Virus record (IMG/VR): IMGVR_UViG_3300045972_000138
Location: 124,001 to 188,000 of that record
Reading direction: 5' to 3' (one strand)
DNA: 64,000 nt
Under the pieces are notes generated by a model, which was not told the DNA's origin, did no database searches, and saw nothing but the letters and a program-made list of their open reading frames with translations. A program made the position numbers and the translations under genes. This document shows, in pieces, positions 29,282-39,044 of this stretch (position 1 is the first letter of the stretch; each line of letters begins with the position of its first letter).

Positions 29282-29629
29282 ATGGCAGTCAAATATCATT
29301 TTATTGGTTGGTGCAAAGAAGGCAATCACGATAAGGTGTGGGGCATCATTCAGCTTACTGAAAACGATGCTACTAACAATCGAGGTTGGACGGCCTGGCA
29401 CTCCAATGATTATGTAGTTGTTTGGGGTCGGCGTGGTAAGACATTGCAAACTAAGATTCACAAAGATAGCACGCAGTATGCTATGAATCAGCTTGCTGAT
29501 AAAAAGAAACACAAGCCCAAACCAGAAGAGTGCTACAAGGAAGTCGACAAGACCAAACTTGACGAAGTGTATCCCGAGTTTGAACAGGATTTGAAAGAGA
29601 CAGCGTTTTGGTCTAAGCTGAAGCTGTAA
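29282..29629 (+). CDS. WGR-domain-like protein
   Basis: VVVWGRRG.TLQ ... KKK..K....Y.EV pattern. Confidence 0.6.
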   Translation: MAVKYHFIGWCKEGNHDKVWGIIQLTENDATNNRGWTAWHSNDYVVVWGRRGKTLQTKIHKDSTQYAMNQLADKKKHKPKPEECYKEVDKTKLDEVYPEFEQDLKETAFWSKLKL

Positions 29630-30027
29630 TGGTTCAACCCACGCGGCCATGGCCTACTGCACCACCGCACCCTGGTTCATCAAGGGCGATATTAGAAACG
29701 TACAGGCAAAAGGTAAAAATTCAATTGGCCAAATCGGAAATACATAAGCGTACTTTAAATATACTTTCCAATCTATGGTGGAAATATATGCCTGGCACTA
29801 TTATTGAAGTTAAGTGGCCAATTGGTAAAGATTCGGCAGATCCAAATCATTACTATAGGCCCGATTTGGAAAAGTACGCAGGCAAGCAAGGATGGCACTG
29901 GGATTGGCGCATAGGTGGTGTTGCAGCTGAAAATCAGGATGGTACAAAAGGATATGACACGCTGCTGATTAAGTTTTGCAGGAGTAGAGAAGATTACGCA
30001 ATTGTTGCAAAGTTAAAATGGATGTAA
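29629..30027 (+). CDS. Hypothetical protein
   Basis: TAATG-coupled. Confidence 0.6.
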   Translation: MVQPTRPWPTAPPHPGSSRAILETYRQKVKIQLAKSEIHKRTLNILSNLWWKYMPGTIIEVKWPIGKDSADPNHYYRPDLEKYAGKQGWHWDWRIGGVAAENQDGTKGYDTLLIKFCRSREDYAIVAKLKWM

Positions 30028-30038
30028 GAAAGTAAATT

Positions 30039-30677
30039 ATGCCCCAAATTATGGTATGGCAATGCCCGTCAACAAAGAAATTGTTCATTGAGCAGGCAGA
30101 GTATAAAACTCACCTTGCTAAACTTGCACGCGAACGTCGCAAGGTAAAGCACCACAATTATATTAAGTCTACATTCTTTGAATGGCTCGACGAAGAACGG
30201 TTGAAGATGGATAGCATTGGCGATATGTCACAATGGTTGTTGGACAATCAACAGACTATTATGGATGCGGCCAATCTTATTCCTTGCGGAAATTGGTCCG
30301 ACGATAAATTTCACGATACTGATCGATTTCTTAAAATTGATTTTACTAGTCTACGTTGGAATCCAAGTATCTCCAATACCCATTCTTGCCCCAAAGGTGG
30401 AGTAACAAATTGGGCAGGTAAAGAACTGTTTGCCAATGGTTTACCAAAACCAAATGGATACCCCGGATGGGGTGGGCGGCTCGAAGGTAGTCTGAAACGC
30501 CTTAAGAAGCATGACAATAACTATCCCTCAAGTGGATTTTTTAAGCTGGTGGGTCTTCATACTGGTACAGGTGGTGGTGGCAATACGAACTTTGGTTGGG
30601 ACGTTAAAATCTTTGCCGAAGAATGGCCGGGCCCTGCAGCAGAGATGACTTTTAACAAGCTGAAAGCAACCGTTTGA
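30039..30677 (+). CDS. Hypothetical protein
   Basis: 212 aa; SNTHSCP.GGVTNW and YPGW.GR motifs. Confidence 0.7.
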   Translation: MPQIMVWQCPSTKKLFIEQAEYKTHLAKLARERRKVKHHNYIKSTFFEWLDEERLKMDSIGDMSQWLLDNQQTIMDAANLIPCGNWSDDKFHDTDRFLKIDFTSLRWNPSISNTHSCPKGGVTNWAGKELFANGLPKPNGYPGWGGRLEGSLKRLKKHDNNYPSSGFFKLVGLHTGTGGGGNTNFGWDVKIFAEEWPGPAAEMTFNKLKATV

Positions 30678-30702
30678 CATATCAGCGATAGCACTACATA
30701 AT
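30674..30702 (+). promoter_or_regulatory. Sigma70-type promoter
   Basis: TTGACA-N17-CATAAT. Confidence 0.75.
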
Positions 30703-30738
30703 ACAAACATATTAACTTTTTACACAGAAGGACTTAAA

Positions 30739-31842
30739 ATGGCAGCAGCAATTGATACAACCCGCACAGAACGCCCGCGCGACATTCGTACACTCGTTAT
30801 TCGTTGTATGAAGGTTGGTCGTCCTCCGATGATCTGGGGACCTCCTGGCATCGGCAAGAGTGAACTGATTGCAGAAATTGGTGTGGAAATGAATCGCCCT
30901 GTTATCGATATGCGTTTGCTGTTGCTGGAACCTACTGACATCAAGGGTATTCCGTATTTCGATCCCGAAACCAAAACAATGAAGTGGGCACAACCTGCAG
31001 ACTTGCCTACTGAGTTGAGCCTGAACAACGCAATTTTGTTCTTGGACGAAATCAATGCTGCACCTCCTAGCGTGCAGGCAGCAGCATATCAACTTATCCT
31101 TAACCGTCGCGTTGGTGAATATCGTTTGCCCGCAGGTGTTAGCATGATTTGCGCTGGTAACCGTGAAAGCGATAAGGGTGTTACTTACCGTATGCCAAGT
31201 CCGCTTGCTAATCGTTTGGTCCACTTTGAAATGGCTTGCAACTTCGAAGACTGGCAAAAATGGGCTATTGCAAACCACGAACATGCTGACGTTGTTGGTT
31301 TCCTGAGCCACCACAAGCACAAGCTCTTCAACTTTGATAGCAAGTCTCCCGACAAGGCATTCGCTACACCACGTAGCTGGCACTTTGTTAGCGAACTTAT
31401 CGTCGATGATGGCTCGCTTACTGAATCGCTCAACACTACATTGGTGGCAGGTTCGGTTGGTGATGGCCTTGCAACAGAGTTCAGCCAACACCGTAAGGTT
31501 GCTTCCAAGATGCCTAAATCCGAAGATGTGCTGTTGGGCAAGGAAACTCAACTCAATGTCAAAGACTTGAGCGCAATGTACTCGCTTACCATCTCTATGT
31601 GCTACACACTCCAAGAATGGGTTGCACGCTCCAAGACTAAGGAAGATGGTTTTGATGTTGCTAAGTGGCATGAATGTGTTGATCACTTCTTCAAGTTCAT
31701 GATGGCTAACTTCCAAACTGAAATGATCGTGCTTGGTGCTAAGACTGCACTGCGTGATTACCAACTGCCAATCAATCACCGTCAACTCAAAGAGTTCAAG
31801 GGCTTCCATGACAAGTACGGTAAGTACATTCTGGAAGATTAA
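30739..31842 (+). CDS. MoxR-family AAA+ ATPase
   Basis: Walker A GPPGIGKS, Walker B LFLDEIN, AGN, and PSPLANR arginine finger. Confidence 0.9.
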   Translation: MAAAIDTTRTERPRDIRTLVIRCMKVGRPPMIWGPPGIGKSELIAEIGVEMNRPVIDMRLLLLEPTDIKGIPYFDPETKTMKWAQPADLPTELSLNNAILFLDEINAAPPSVQAAAYQLILNRRVGEYRLPAGVSMICAGNRESDKGVTYRMPSPLANRLVHFEMACNFEDWQKWAIANHEHADVVGFLSHHKHKLFNFDSKSPDKAFATPRSWHFVSELIVDDGSLTESLNTTLVAGSVGDGLATEFSQHRKVASKMPKSEDVLLGKETQLNVKDLSAMYSLTISMCYTLQEWVARSKTKEDGFDVAKWHECVDHFFKFMMANFQTEMIVLGAKTALRDYQLPINHRQLKEFKGFHDKYGKYILED

Positions 31843-31858
31843 TAGCAGGTGATACAGT

Positions 31859-31885
31859 GTAAGGGGCTACGGCCCCTTACCTTTT
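31859..31885 (+). terminator. Rho-independent terminator
   Basis: GTAAGGGGC-tacg-GCCCCTTAC followed by CTTTT. Confidence 0.85.
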
Positions 31886-31940
31886 GACATAAAATTAAAT
31901 ATAGTTTATAATTAGATATCACTTAACTTTTAAGGATTAT

Positions 31941-32267
31941 ATGAAAGACGGTTTAATTTTTGGATTCAATGCAATAGTTGCTGTTATTGCACTGGTCTTC
32001 GGTATTGGTGCGTTGTCGTACGGTATGTACGCATATTTTGCACCAAAGTACACAGCAGTTGACAATCAGGTGTTCCACGAGTCGCAGCAATACAATGACG
32101 GAATGATCCGTGATTTGGAAAACTTGCAAATGGAATATCTTAGCGCAGATGCTGACAAGAAGGATGCAATCCGCGCAATAGTGTTGCATCGCTTTAGTGT
32201 GTATCCGGAAGATAAGATGCCGCCAAATCTCCGTAACTTTTACAATCAACTTAAATCTGGAAAGTAA
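31941..32267 (+). CDS. N-terminally anchored membrane protein
   Basis: Hydrophobic segment at residues 5-33, then a helical domain. Confidence 0.75.
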   Translation: MKDGLIFGFNAIVAVIALVFGIGALSYGMYAYFAPKYTAVDNQVFHESQQYNDGMIRDLENLQMEYLSADADKKDAIRAIVLHRFSVYPEDKMPPNLRNFYNQLKSGK

Positions 32268-32270
32268 ACA

Positions 32271-32777
32271 ATGAAATCTCTACTCAAACTCGCGGCACTT
32301 CTTAGCGTAGCAGCACTGGCGCTGTCTGGTTGTTACGAAGATAACAGCAGCCATGCCAAAGAAGCAGCACAGCAAGAACAGTTAAATCTGCAAGCAGTGC
32401 AGGCAGTCGGTATGCCAGCTATTACTAATTTTGCCGAACGCCGTATGATGAAAGACATCCTGGAACTGCGCGATAAGGATGTGGCCACCACAACATACAC
32501 TCGCGATATGAATGGCCGTCTGCACAAGATTTGCGATAGCGTAGGATATGGATTGCCATACGCAACGCAATTCACCAATCCGCAGACTGAACACTATGTA
32601 CCCGGATCGGCAGGTCATTGGTCAATCCTACCACAAGCTGACCCAAACGGTTTGTACAGCCCTGCGGCAGCAGAAGGCACGTGGGTGATGTGTGTTAATC
32701 ATAAGACTGGCAAACCAGCACCTGTGTATATTGAAGATCGCGTAACTGTGTCTCCAATGGAACTTGAATCTAATTAA
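32271..32777 (+). CDS. Lipoprotein
   Basis: MKSLLKLAALLSVAALALSG|C lipobox. Confidence 0.75.
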   Translation: MKSLLKLAALLSVAALALSGCYEDNSSHAKEAAQQEQLNLQAVQAVGMPAITNFAERRMMKDILELRDKDVATTTYTRDMNGRLHKICDSVGYGLPYATQFTNPQTEHYVPGSAGHWSILPQADPNGLYSPAAAEGTWVMCVNHKTGKPAPVYIEDRVTVSPMELESN

Positions 32778-32795
32778 TTTAACTGAAAGATTATT

Positions 32796-33650
32796 ATGTC
32801 AGAACTCGTAGTACAATCATCTGTTGATGAACAAAAGAAGCAGCAATTTATTACATACGCAAAATGGGGTGTGATTGTTGCGGCCTGTGCGGTAGCACTA
32901 CCCGTGGTAGTGTTTGGTGCGCTGGGAATGGTAGGCATTATGATTGCCGGCGGCATCGGATTGGTTGGTATCAATGCAGCACCTGTTGTTGCGCTGAAGC
33001 TTGCTAATATGAAGTACCGCCTAATGGATGCTGAAAAAGTGCAGCACATTGAAAAAGTGCAGCAAGCGGCAGCAGAAAATCCGATTGAAACTGCGGTAAC
33101 ACAGTCGCAAGCGTTTAAGGCACGTGGGGTGAAACAACTCGAAGCTATTACTGCATACGGTACTGAAGTTAACAACTTCGAAACTATGGTTGCCGGATTT
33201 GCAAAGAAGTACCCTGAGCAGGTAAATCGCTATAAACAGCAACTTGATGTAATGAAGCAAGCACTTCAATTCAAGCAAGACAAGTATTCTGAACTACAGA
33301 AGAATATTAAGAAGATGGACGAAGAAATCGAATTCTTGCGTGCCAACTGGAAGATGAGTCAAGCATTGCAAAAGGCTAATGCATTGGCTGGCATGGATAC
33401 TGAAGATCCAATGGCACAACTGAAAACTGACGCAGCAATTGACGCTGTGGTGAATTCAATCAACCGTGCGTTTGCTGAAATGGATTCTGCAGTGTTGTCT
33501 GATGCTGCACAATCCGGTAAAGGTACTATCACAGGTCGTGCTACAATGCTTAACGATGCCCCTGGTATGCAAGCATTGGAAAACAATCCGTCACAGACAT
33601 TGGGTCTTGTGACAATGGAAACTGTATCACAAAAGAAAGTAGGTGCGTAA
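32796..33650 (+). CDS. Two-TM coiled-coil protein, PspA/IM30-like
   Basis: TM hairpin followed by about 170 aa of heptad-rich helix (NPIET...KQQLDVMKQAL...). Confidence 0.45.
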   Translation: MSELVVQSSVDEQKKQQFITYAKWGVIVAACAVALPVVVFGALGMVGIMIAGGIGLVGINAAPVVALKLANMKYRLMDAEKVQHIEKVQQAAAENPIETAVTQSQAFKARGVKQLEAITAYGTEVNNFETMVAGFAKKYPEQVNRYKQQLDVMKQALQFKQDKYSELQKNIKKMDEEIEFLRANWKMSQALQKANALAGMDTEDPMAQLKTDAAIDAVVNSINRAFAEMDSAVLSDAAQSGKGTITGRATMLNDAPGMQALENNPSQTLGLVTMETVSQKKVGA

Positions 33651-34667
33651 ATGAAAAAGATTCTAGTAGCATTGGCTCTGTTTGCTGTAGCAGCATTCGC
33701 AGAACCATCATTTGAACAAATGCAAGAACTGATTGGCCAGAAGAACTATGCGGCTGCAGAACAGGGATTGGAAGTTATTCTCCAAGCACACCCAACTTCT
33801 GCCAAAGCATTCTACTCGATGTCGCAAGCACAGGCTGGACTTGGCCACCTGGATAAGGCACAGCTTGCACTAAACAAGGCACGCGGACTCGATCCTTCGC
33901 TGAAGTTTGCAAGCGAAGATAATATCAAGGCACTGGAGCAAGCAATTACTCCACAAGCGGCAAAGATTGAAGCAGTTGAGCCAAGTCACTTTTGGCGCAA
34001 TTTGATTTTGGTGCTGATTGGTGTGATTGCAGGTGTTGCATTCTACTTCTATCGCAAGAAAGACAGGCCCGCTGATGAAAAGGTAATCTTCCCAACACCG
34101 CCTGATGCACAACCAGCATATGACAGCCCTAGCGATAAGGCTTATATGGAAGAGCACAACTTGAATGATGCTATCAAAGAAAGCTACACACCAAAGAAGC
34201 GTGGTCGCCCTGCTAAGGTTACGCCAGCCCCTGTAGCAACACCGTCACCGTCTGCATATGTTCGTACATACACACCGGCACCTACTCCGGTGTATCAGGC
34301 GCCACCCCAGCCAGTTATTGTTAACAATAACAGTGGTAGCGATATGTTGACAGGTGTAATGATTGGCAGTATGATGAATAACAATCATCACGATCGCACA
34401 ACGGTTATTGAACGTGAAGTGATTGTGGAACGTCCGAGCCGCAGCACGTATGTGGCACCCGAGCCAGCATATGAAGCACCTGCACCGAGCCGTAGCAGTT
34501 CCTGGGATGATACTCCTGCAAAGAGTTCAAGCTGGAACGATGATAGCTCTAGCAAGTCTAGCAGCTGGGGCAGTAGCTCAAGCAGCGATAGCAGCAGTAG
34601 CTGGTCTAGCAGCGATAGCAGCTCGTCGAGCAGCAGCGACAGCGGATCTTCTAGTAGCTGGGATTAA
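33651..34667 (+). CDS. Signal peptide + TPR + TM + disordered Pro/Ser-rich tail protein
   Basis: Cleavable signal (..AAFA|E); TPR-like helices (YAAAEQGL...AKAFYSMSQAQAGLG); TM at LILVLIGVIAGVAFYFY; Ser-rich tail ending SSSWD. Confidence 0.7.
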   Translation: MKKILVALALFAVAAFAEPSFEQMQELIGQKNYAAAEQGLEVILQAHPTSAKAFYSMSQAQAGLGHLDKAQLALNKARGLDPSLKFASEDNIKALEQAITPQAAKIEAVEPSHFWRNLILVLIGVIAGVAFYFYRKKDRPADEKVIFPTPPDAQPAYDSPSDKAYMEEHNLNDAIKESYTPKKRGRPAKVTPAPVATPSPSAYVRTYTPAPTPVYQAPPQPVIVNNNSGSDMLTGVMIGSMMNNNHHDRTTVIEREVIVERPSRSTYVAPEPAYEAPAPSRSSSWDDTPAKSSSWNDDSSSKSSSWGSSSSSDSSSSWSSSDSSSSSSSDSGSSSSWD

Positions 34668-34668
34668 T

Positions 34669-34926
34669 ATGGTATTCTTAGACTTGGTCGTAGCAGTATT
34701 AGTATTGTGCATAATGATACTATTACTGACACAGGTAATAACACCTGTACTATTTGGAACACCGTTTTTCCCATTGTTCCGAAAATCCACAGAACTTAAA
34801 AAGGAAGTGGATGCATTAGAGCTAACTCTCGAAGAAAAGGAAGAGTTAGTATTGTTGAAGATGAAACTTAGTAAATTAAAGGCTCGTGAAGCCGAACTTG
34901 AAAGTAAAGAAAATGGCACAACTTAG
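34669..34926 (+). CDS. Small membrane protein
   Basis: N-terminal TM followed by a short coiled coil. Confidence 0.65.
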   Translation: MVFLDLVVAVLVLCIMILLLTQVITPVLFGTPFFPLFRKSTELKKEVDALELTLEEKEELVLLKMKLSKLKAREAELESKENGTT

Positions 34927-36148
34927 TATCTCCCCTAAACGCACTATTATCGCAGCAGCGTCTGCAATTGGTGCATTGTTTCTAATCATCTTTGTGGTGT
35001 TCTTGTTCAAGAATGTCGATGCAAAGGATTATGTGGTTATCCAGGCACCAATCAGCGGTGAGCTGTCAGTTCATACAGACGGTGGATGGAAGTGGCAAGG
35101 TATGGGCAAGTCCCAAACTTATCACCGACGTGACCAGTTCAGCTTTAGCAATAAAGTTGATCAAGGTAAAGCAGGTGACGAATCCATTAGCACACGGTTT
35201 AACGATGGCGGCCACGGTAACATTTCTGGTACAGTGAATTGGCAAATGCCCGCAAGTCCAGACTTGATTATCAAGTTGCACAAAGACTTCGGTAGCATGG
35301 ATGCAATTGAACAACAATTGATTCGTCCTGCAATGCAAAAGGTTATCTACAATGTAGGCCCAACAATGTCCTCAACAGAATCTAGTGCTGAAAAGCGTCC
35401 TGAGATTCCAAAGTATATCGACGACCAACTTGTTAACGGTCCTTACTTGACTAAGACTGTTAATGTTACGCAAAAGGATGCAATCTCCGGGCAAGACAAA
35501 GTTGTTCCGGTAGTGCAAATTGCGTTGAATGACAAAGGTCAACCGATGCGTGAAAGCAAGTCGCAGATCACCGAATACGGCATTGTTTTGCAACCTGTAG
35601 CAATCAATGCAATCGTGTACGACACTGTAGTTGAAGATCAGATTAAACAGCGTCAAACTGCAACTACGCAAGTACAGATTTCTATTGCTAATGCACGTAA
35701 GGCTGAACAGGAAGCAATTACTACAGAACAGCAAGGTAAGGCCAATGCCGCTAAAGCTAAGTGGGAACAGGAAACAGTGAATGCAAAGGATGTTGCATTG
35801 GCTGAAAAGGAACTGCAAGTTGCTACATTGGCCGCAAAGACTGCTGAACAATCAAAACGTGAAAACATCTTGATTGGTGAAGGTGAAGCTGCTCGTAAGC
35901 GTCTGGTAATGGAAGCTAACGGTGCGTTGGATGCTAAGTTAGCTGCATATGTGGATGTAAACAAGGCCTATGCCGAAGCTATCTCCAAAGCACAACCTGG
36001 CGCATGGTCTCCACAAGTTGTAATGGGTGGCGGAGCAAGCGGTGCTAACACATCTAACTCGCTTATCGAAATGCTGACTGCTAAGACAGCTCGCGAACTC
36101 GGAGTTGATATGTCAGTTATCAAGGGCAATACCGCTAAAACTAAGTAA
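34913..36148 (+). CDS. SPFH/Band-7 (prohibitin/flotillin-like) membrane protein
   Basis: N-terminal TM, SPFH domain (TRFNDGG.G.ISG...), AE-rich coiled coil and P.VV.GG tail. Confidence 0.8.
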   Translation: MAQLSISPKRTIIAAASAIGALFLIIFVVFLFKNVDAKDYVVIQAPISGELSVHTDGGWKWQGMGKSQTYHRRDQFSFSNKVDQGKAGDESISTRFNDGGHGNISGTVNWQMPASPDLIIKLHKDFGSMDAIEQQLIRPAMQKVIYNVGPTMSSTESSAEKRPEIPKYIDDQLVNGPYLTKTVNVTQKDAISGQDKVVPVVQIALNDKGQPMRESKSQITEYGIVLQPVAINAIVYDTVVEDQIKQRQTATTQVQISIANARKAEQEAITTEQQGKANAAKAKWEQETVNAKDVALAEKELQVATLAAKTAEQSKRENILIGEGEAARKRLVMEANGALDAKLAAYVDVNKAYAEAISKAQPGAWSPQVVMGGGASGANTSNSLIEMLTAKTARELGVDMSVIKGNTAKTK

Positions 36149-36160
36149 GACTATTATCGG

Positions 36161-36205
36161 TAGACATTAAAGCCCATACTGCTATAATACGCATATGGGC
36201 TTTTT
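36161..36205 (+). promoter_or_regulatory. Sigma70 promoter overlapping a terminator-like hairpin
   Basis: TAGACA-N16-TATAAT; AAGCCCATA/TATGGGCTT stem followed by a T run. Confidence 0.65.
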
Positions 36206-36228
36206 AACACACAGAAACGGAGTTATAT

Positions 36229-37326
36229 ATGGGTAAGATTATTGGTTCGGTAGCATTCCTTATTGCTATTATTGTTGGTGGTTACTTTGCTGATCCGGGG
36301 TTCCACGAAAAGGTTAACGGTATGCTGGGCAAAGGTGGTGCACAGGTTTCTGCCGTGCGTACTACGCAAACAGAACCAACTGCGTGGGAAGCAAAGAAAG
36401 GTTCTACACTGTCTAACATCATCGATAGCGGTGTGGTACATGCAAGCGTACAGGATCCTAGCAAGCCGTTCTACTACAAAGAAGGCGCACGTGCCAAAGG
36501 TTTCAATGTTGACTTTATGAACATCTTGTTCGCTCAAAACGAATTCAGAACCAAGGTGGGAATTAAAGTTGAAGCAAGTGCAGTGGATTCGTATCCCGAT
36601 GTACCGAAGCAATTGCTTGATGGTAAGAAGGTTGATATTGCAATTGACGGCCTTACATTCAATGATGAAGACTTGAAGGGTGTGAAGTACACAATTCCTT
36701 ATGTGAAGGACTTTGGTTACGCACTAATTACTCCTAAAGGTGTAAATGTAAACAATGTTGCTGACTTGGCTGGTGCAAAGGTTGGTATCATTAAAGGCGA
36801 TCCGGATGTAAAATCCTTTGTCGAAGGTGCTTTTCCTGGTGCTACTATTGTTGAAGTGTCTGACAAAGCAGACGAATCCGGCAAGTTTATTGCAGGCCAC
36901 TTTAAAGCACATCGTATCGACGCAATGGTTTATGACTATCCGTTTGCTGTAGCAGAAGTTGAAGGCACTAACCTGCAGTTTGCAATGACAAAGATCAAAG
37001 GTAGCGACATCCAGTATCGCATTGGTGTACGTGACGAAGATAAGGACTTGTTGGCAGCATTGAACGGTGCTATCCGTAAGGCAATGGATACGCCCGAATA
37101 TACAGAAATGCTGAAACAATACTTTATGAGCAACAGTGTTGCGGCTGTACGCCGTGCAAGTTCCGGTGAAGTTAGCTATGTAGTGGTTAAGGGCGACACA
37201 CTGAGCACTATTGCAGCATCGCAACTTGGTGACTTGAAGCGTTATCCGGATATCCAGGCACGTAATAACTTGGCCAACCCCAACTTTATTGCAGTTGGAC
37301 AAAAGTTGATTATTCCTAGCAAGTAA
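36229..37326 (+). CDS. Family-3 solute-binding (PBP2) domain fused to a C-terminal LysM
   Basis: N-terminal TM; GFNVDF, VDIAIDGLT, LAGAKVG, IDAMVYD and L...LNGAI SBP motifs; LysM YVVVKGDTLSTIA...NP..I.VGQKL.IP. Confidence 0.8.
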   Translation: MGKIIGSVAFLIAIIVGGYFADPGFHEKVNGMLGKGGAQVSAVRTTQTEPTAWEAKKGSTLSNIIDSGVVHASVQDPSKPFYYKEGARAKGFNVDFMNILFAQNEFRTKVGIKVEASAVDSYPDVPKQLLDGKKVDIAIDGLTFNDEDLKGVKYTIPYVKDFGYALITPKGVNVNNVADLAGAKVGIIKGDPDVKSFVEGAFPGATIVEVSDKADESGKFIAGHFKAHRIDAMVYDYPFAVAEVEGTNLQFAMTKIKGSDIQYRIGVRDEDKDLLAALNGAIRKAMDTPEYTEMLKQYFMSNSVAAVRRASSGEVSYVVVKGDTLSTIAASQLGDLKRYPDIQARNNLANPNFIAVGQKLIIPSK

Positions 37327-37329
37327 TTG

Positions 37330-37377
37330 TTGACTGCCCCTAAGGCCCGTGTTACAATAATATGTAACGCGGGCTTT
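37330..37377 (+). promoter_or_regulatory. Sigma70 promoter inside a 12-bp hairpin
   Basis: TTGACT-N17-TACAAT; GCCCGTGTTACA/TGTAACGCGGGC. Confidence 0.7.
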
Positions 37378-37395
37378 ATTCTATTTAAGGTATAT

Positions 37396-38589
37396 ATGGA
37401 AATCAATAATGTAAAAATGTGGGTAGGTGATATGGAAGTTGAAGAAGCTGCTATTCAGCAGATTATGAATATTTCCCAATTGCCTATTCTTGCCGGACAT
37501 ATGGCTATTATGCCAGACGTTCATATGGGCAAGGGTGCAACAGTTGGTTCTGTTATTCCTACACGTTCCGCTATTATTCCTGCCGCAGTAGGTGTGGATA
37601 TTGGTTGCGGTATGATTGCTGCAATGACAAACCTTAAGGCAGAAGATCTTCCAACATCATTGTTCTCCTTGCGTAATGCAATTGAACGTGATGTACCTGT
37701 AGGCTTCAACGAGCACGACAAGGGTATCCCTTCTGTGTCGGGTCCTTATGCAGATATCCTGCGTAAGAATCTACGCAAGACAATGGATGACTTCGATACA
37801 CTAACATTGAAGAAGAATTTGGGTCGTGCTGACGAAAAGAAGATTGCACGCCAGATTGGTACGCTAGGTGGCGGTAACCACTTTATCGAAATTTGTCTTG
37901 ATACACAAAATCGTGTGTGGATTATGCTGCACTCTGGATCACGTGGCATCGGTAACCAAATTGGTACAGTTGCAATTGAACTGGCAAAGGAACAGGCTGC
38001 AAAGCGTGCATGGGGTCTCCCAGATCAGGATCTTGCTTGGTTGGATGAAGGCACACCGGAATTCGAAGCCTACATTGAAGCTATGCATTGGGCGCAGGAT
38101 TATGCACGTTTCAATCGCGACACAATGATGAACTTGGTTGTGGCAGCAATGCTGCGTAAGTTTCCTACAATGAAGATTTTGGGCGAAGTGGTAAACTGCC
38201 ATCACAACTTTACAAGCCTGGAAGAACACTTTGGTACAAAGATGTGGATTACTCGTAAGGGTGCTGTATCTGCTAAACAAGGGCAAATGGGTATTATTCC
38301 TGGTTCGATGGGTGCTAAGTCGTTTATTGTGCAAGGCAAGGGTAATCACGATTCGTACTGCTCTTGCTCACACGGCGCAGGCCGCAAAATGAGCCGTAAT
38401 CAGGCGAAAAAACTGTTCGACGTTGCAGCTATGGAAGCGCAGACGCAAGGCATCGAGTGCCGCAAGGACTCGGGTGTTATTGACGAGATTCCTGCAGCAT
38501 ACAAAGACATCGATCAAGTTATGGCAGCACAATCTGAATTGGTTGATGTAGTGCATACGCTGAAGCAGGTGCTCTGCGTTAAAGGTTAA
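37396..38589 (+). CDS. rtcB: RtcB 3'-phosphate/5'-OH RNA ligase
   Basis: MPDVH.G.G..VG, GVDIGCG, GTLGGGNHFIE, LHSGSRG, HHN, RKGA, PGSMG, HGAGR and E.P.AYK motifs; ATG 37396. Confidence 0.95.
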   Translation: MEINNVKMWVGDMEVEEAAIQQIMNISQLPILAGHMAIMPDVHMGKGATVGSVIPTRSAIIPAAVGVDIGCGMIAAMTNLKAEDLPTSLFSLRNAIERDVPVGFNEHDKGIPSVSGPYADILRKNLRKTMDDFDTLTLKKNLGRADEKKIARQIGTLGGGNHFIEICLDTQNRVWIMLHSGSRGIGNQIGTVAIELAKEQAAKRAWGLPDQDLAWLDEGTPEFEAYIEAMHWAQDYARFNRDTMMNLVVAAMLRKFPTMKILGEVVNCHHNFTSLEEHFGTKMWITRKGAVSAKQGQMGIIPGSMGAKSFIVQGKGNHDSYCSCSHGAGRKMSRNQAKKLFDVAAMEAQTQGIECRKDSGVIDEIPAAYKDIDQVMAAQSELVDVVHTLKQVLCVKG

Positions 38590-38590
38590 T

Positions 38591-38809
38591 ATGCAACGCT
38601 GGGGACCTACCTTGTGGTTGTTTAGCAAAGAAGAGTTTGATAAACTACCTAACGGATTTGTACTGACATCAATAAATGGTACGAAGAAGACCAAAGGTGT
38701 CGATAGTATAGATACAGATGTAAGGTGGGGCCATATTGCATGGGGTGTAGAAGATCCAATGAATCACCCCGAAGCTGAATTATTCACAGTGTTTAGATTG
38801 GAAGCATAA
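38591..38809 (+). CDS. Hypothetical protein
   Basis: D.DTRxG-type motif (IDTDVRWGHIAWG). Confidence 0.65.
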   Translation: MQRWGPTLWLFSKEEFDKLPNGFVLTSINGTKKTKGVDSIDTDVRWGHIAWGVEDPMNHPEAELFTVFRLEA

Positions 38810-38985
38810 TGGAAGATATTGATAAGACACACGCCACCCTTGTTTATGGATTGTGCGAAAAGTGCAACATAAATACTGGTACAGAAGGCCATACCTGCCC
38901 CTATGCAGAAGATATTAACGGAGACTATCTGTCGGAATGCAATTGCTGCGATAGTTGCTGCAAAGATTGTGCAGACGACATTTAA
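38809..38985 (+). CDS. Small Cys-rich protein (58 aa)
   Basis: Read manually: ...CEKC...HTCPYAEDING...CNCCDSCCKDCADDI. Confidence 0.6.
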   Translation: MEDIDKTHATLVYGLCEKCNINTGTEGHTCPYAEDINGDYLSECNCCDSCCKDCADDI

Positions 38986-39044
38986 TCAGTTGACTAGACA
39001 AAAGTTTAGTCATATAATAAACAAATAAACAAAAGAGGTTTTTA

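Noticed and set aside
30712-31809. Long antisense ORFs (365 aa here; also opposite rtcB, vWA, SPFH and ligase)
   Set aside because: They are shadows of strongly codon-biased sense genes, with no SD or promoter and no recognisable motifs.
34495-34660. AGC-rich microsatellite-like tract
   Set aside because: It simply encodes the Ser-rich tail of the TPR membrane protein.
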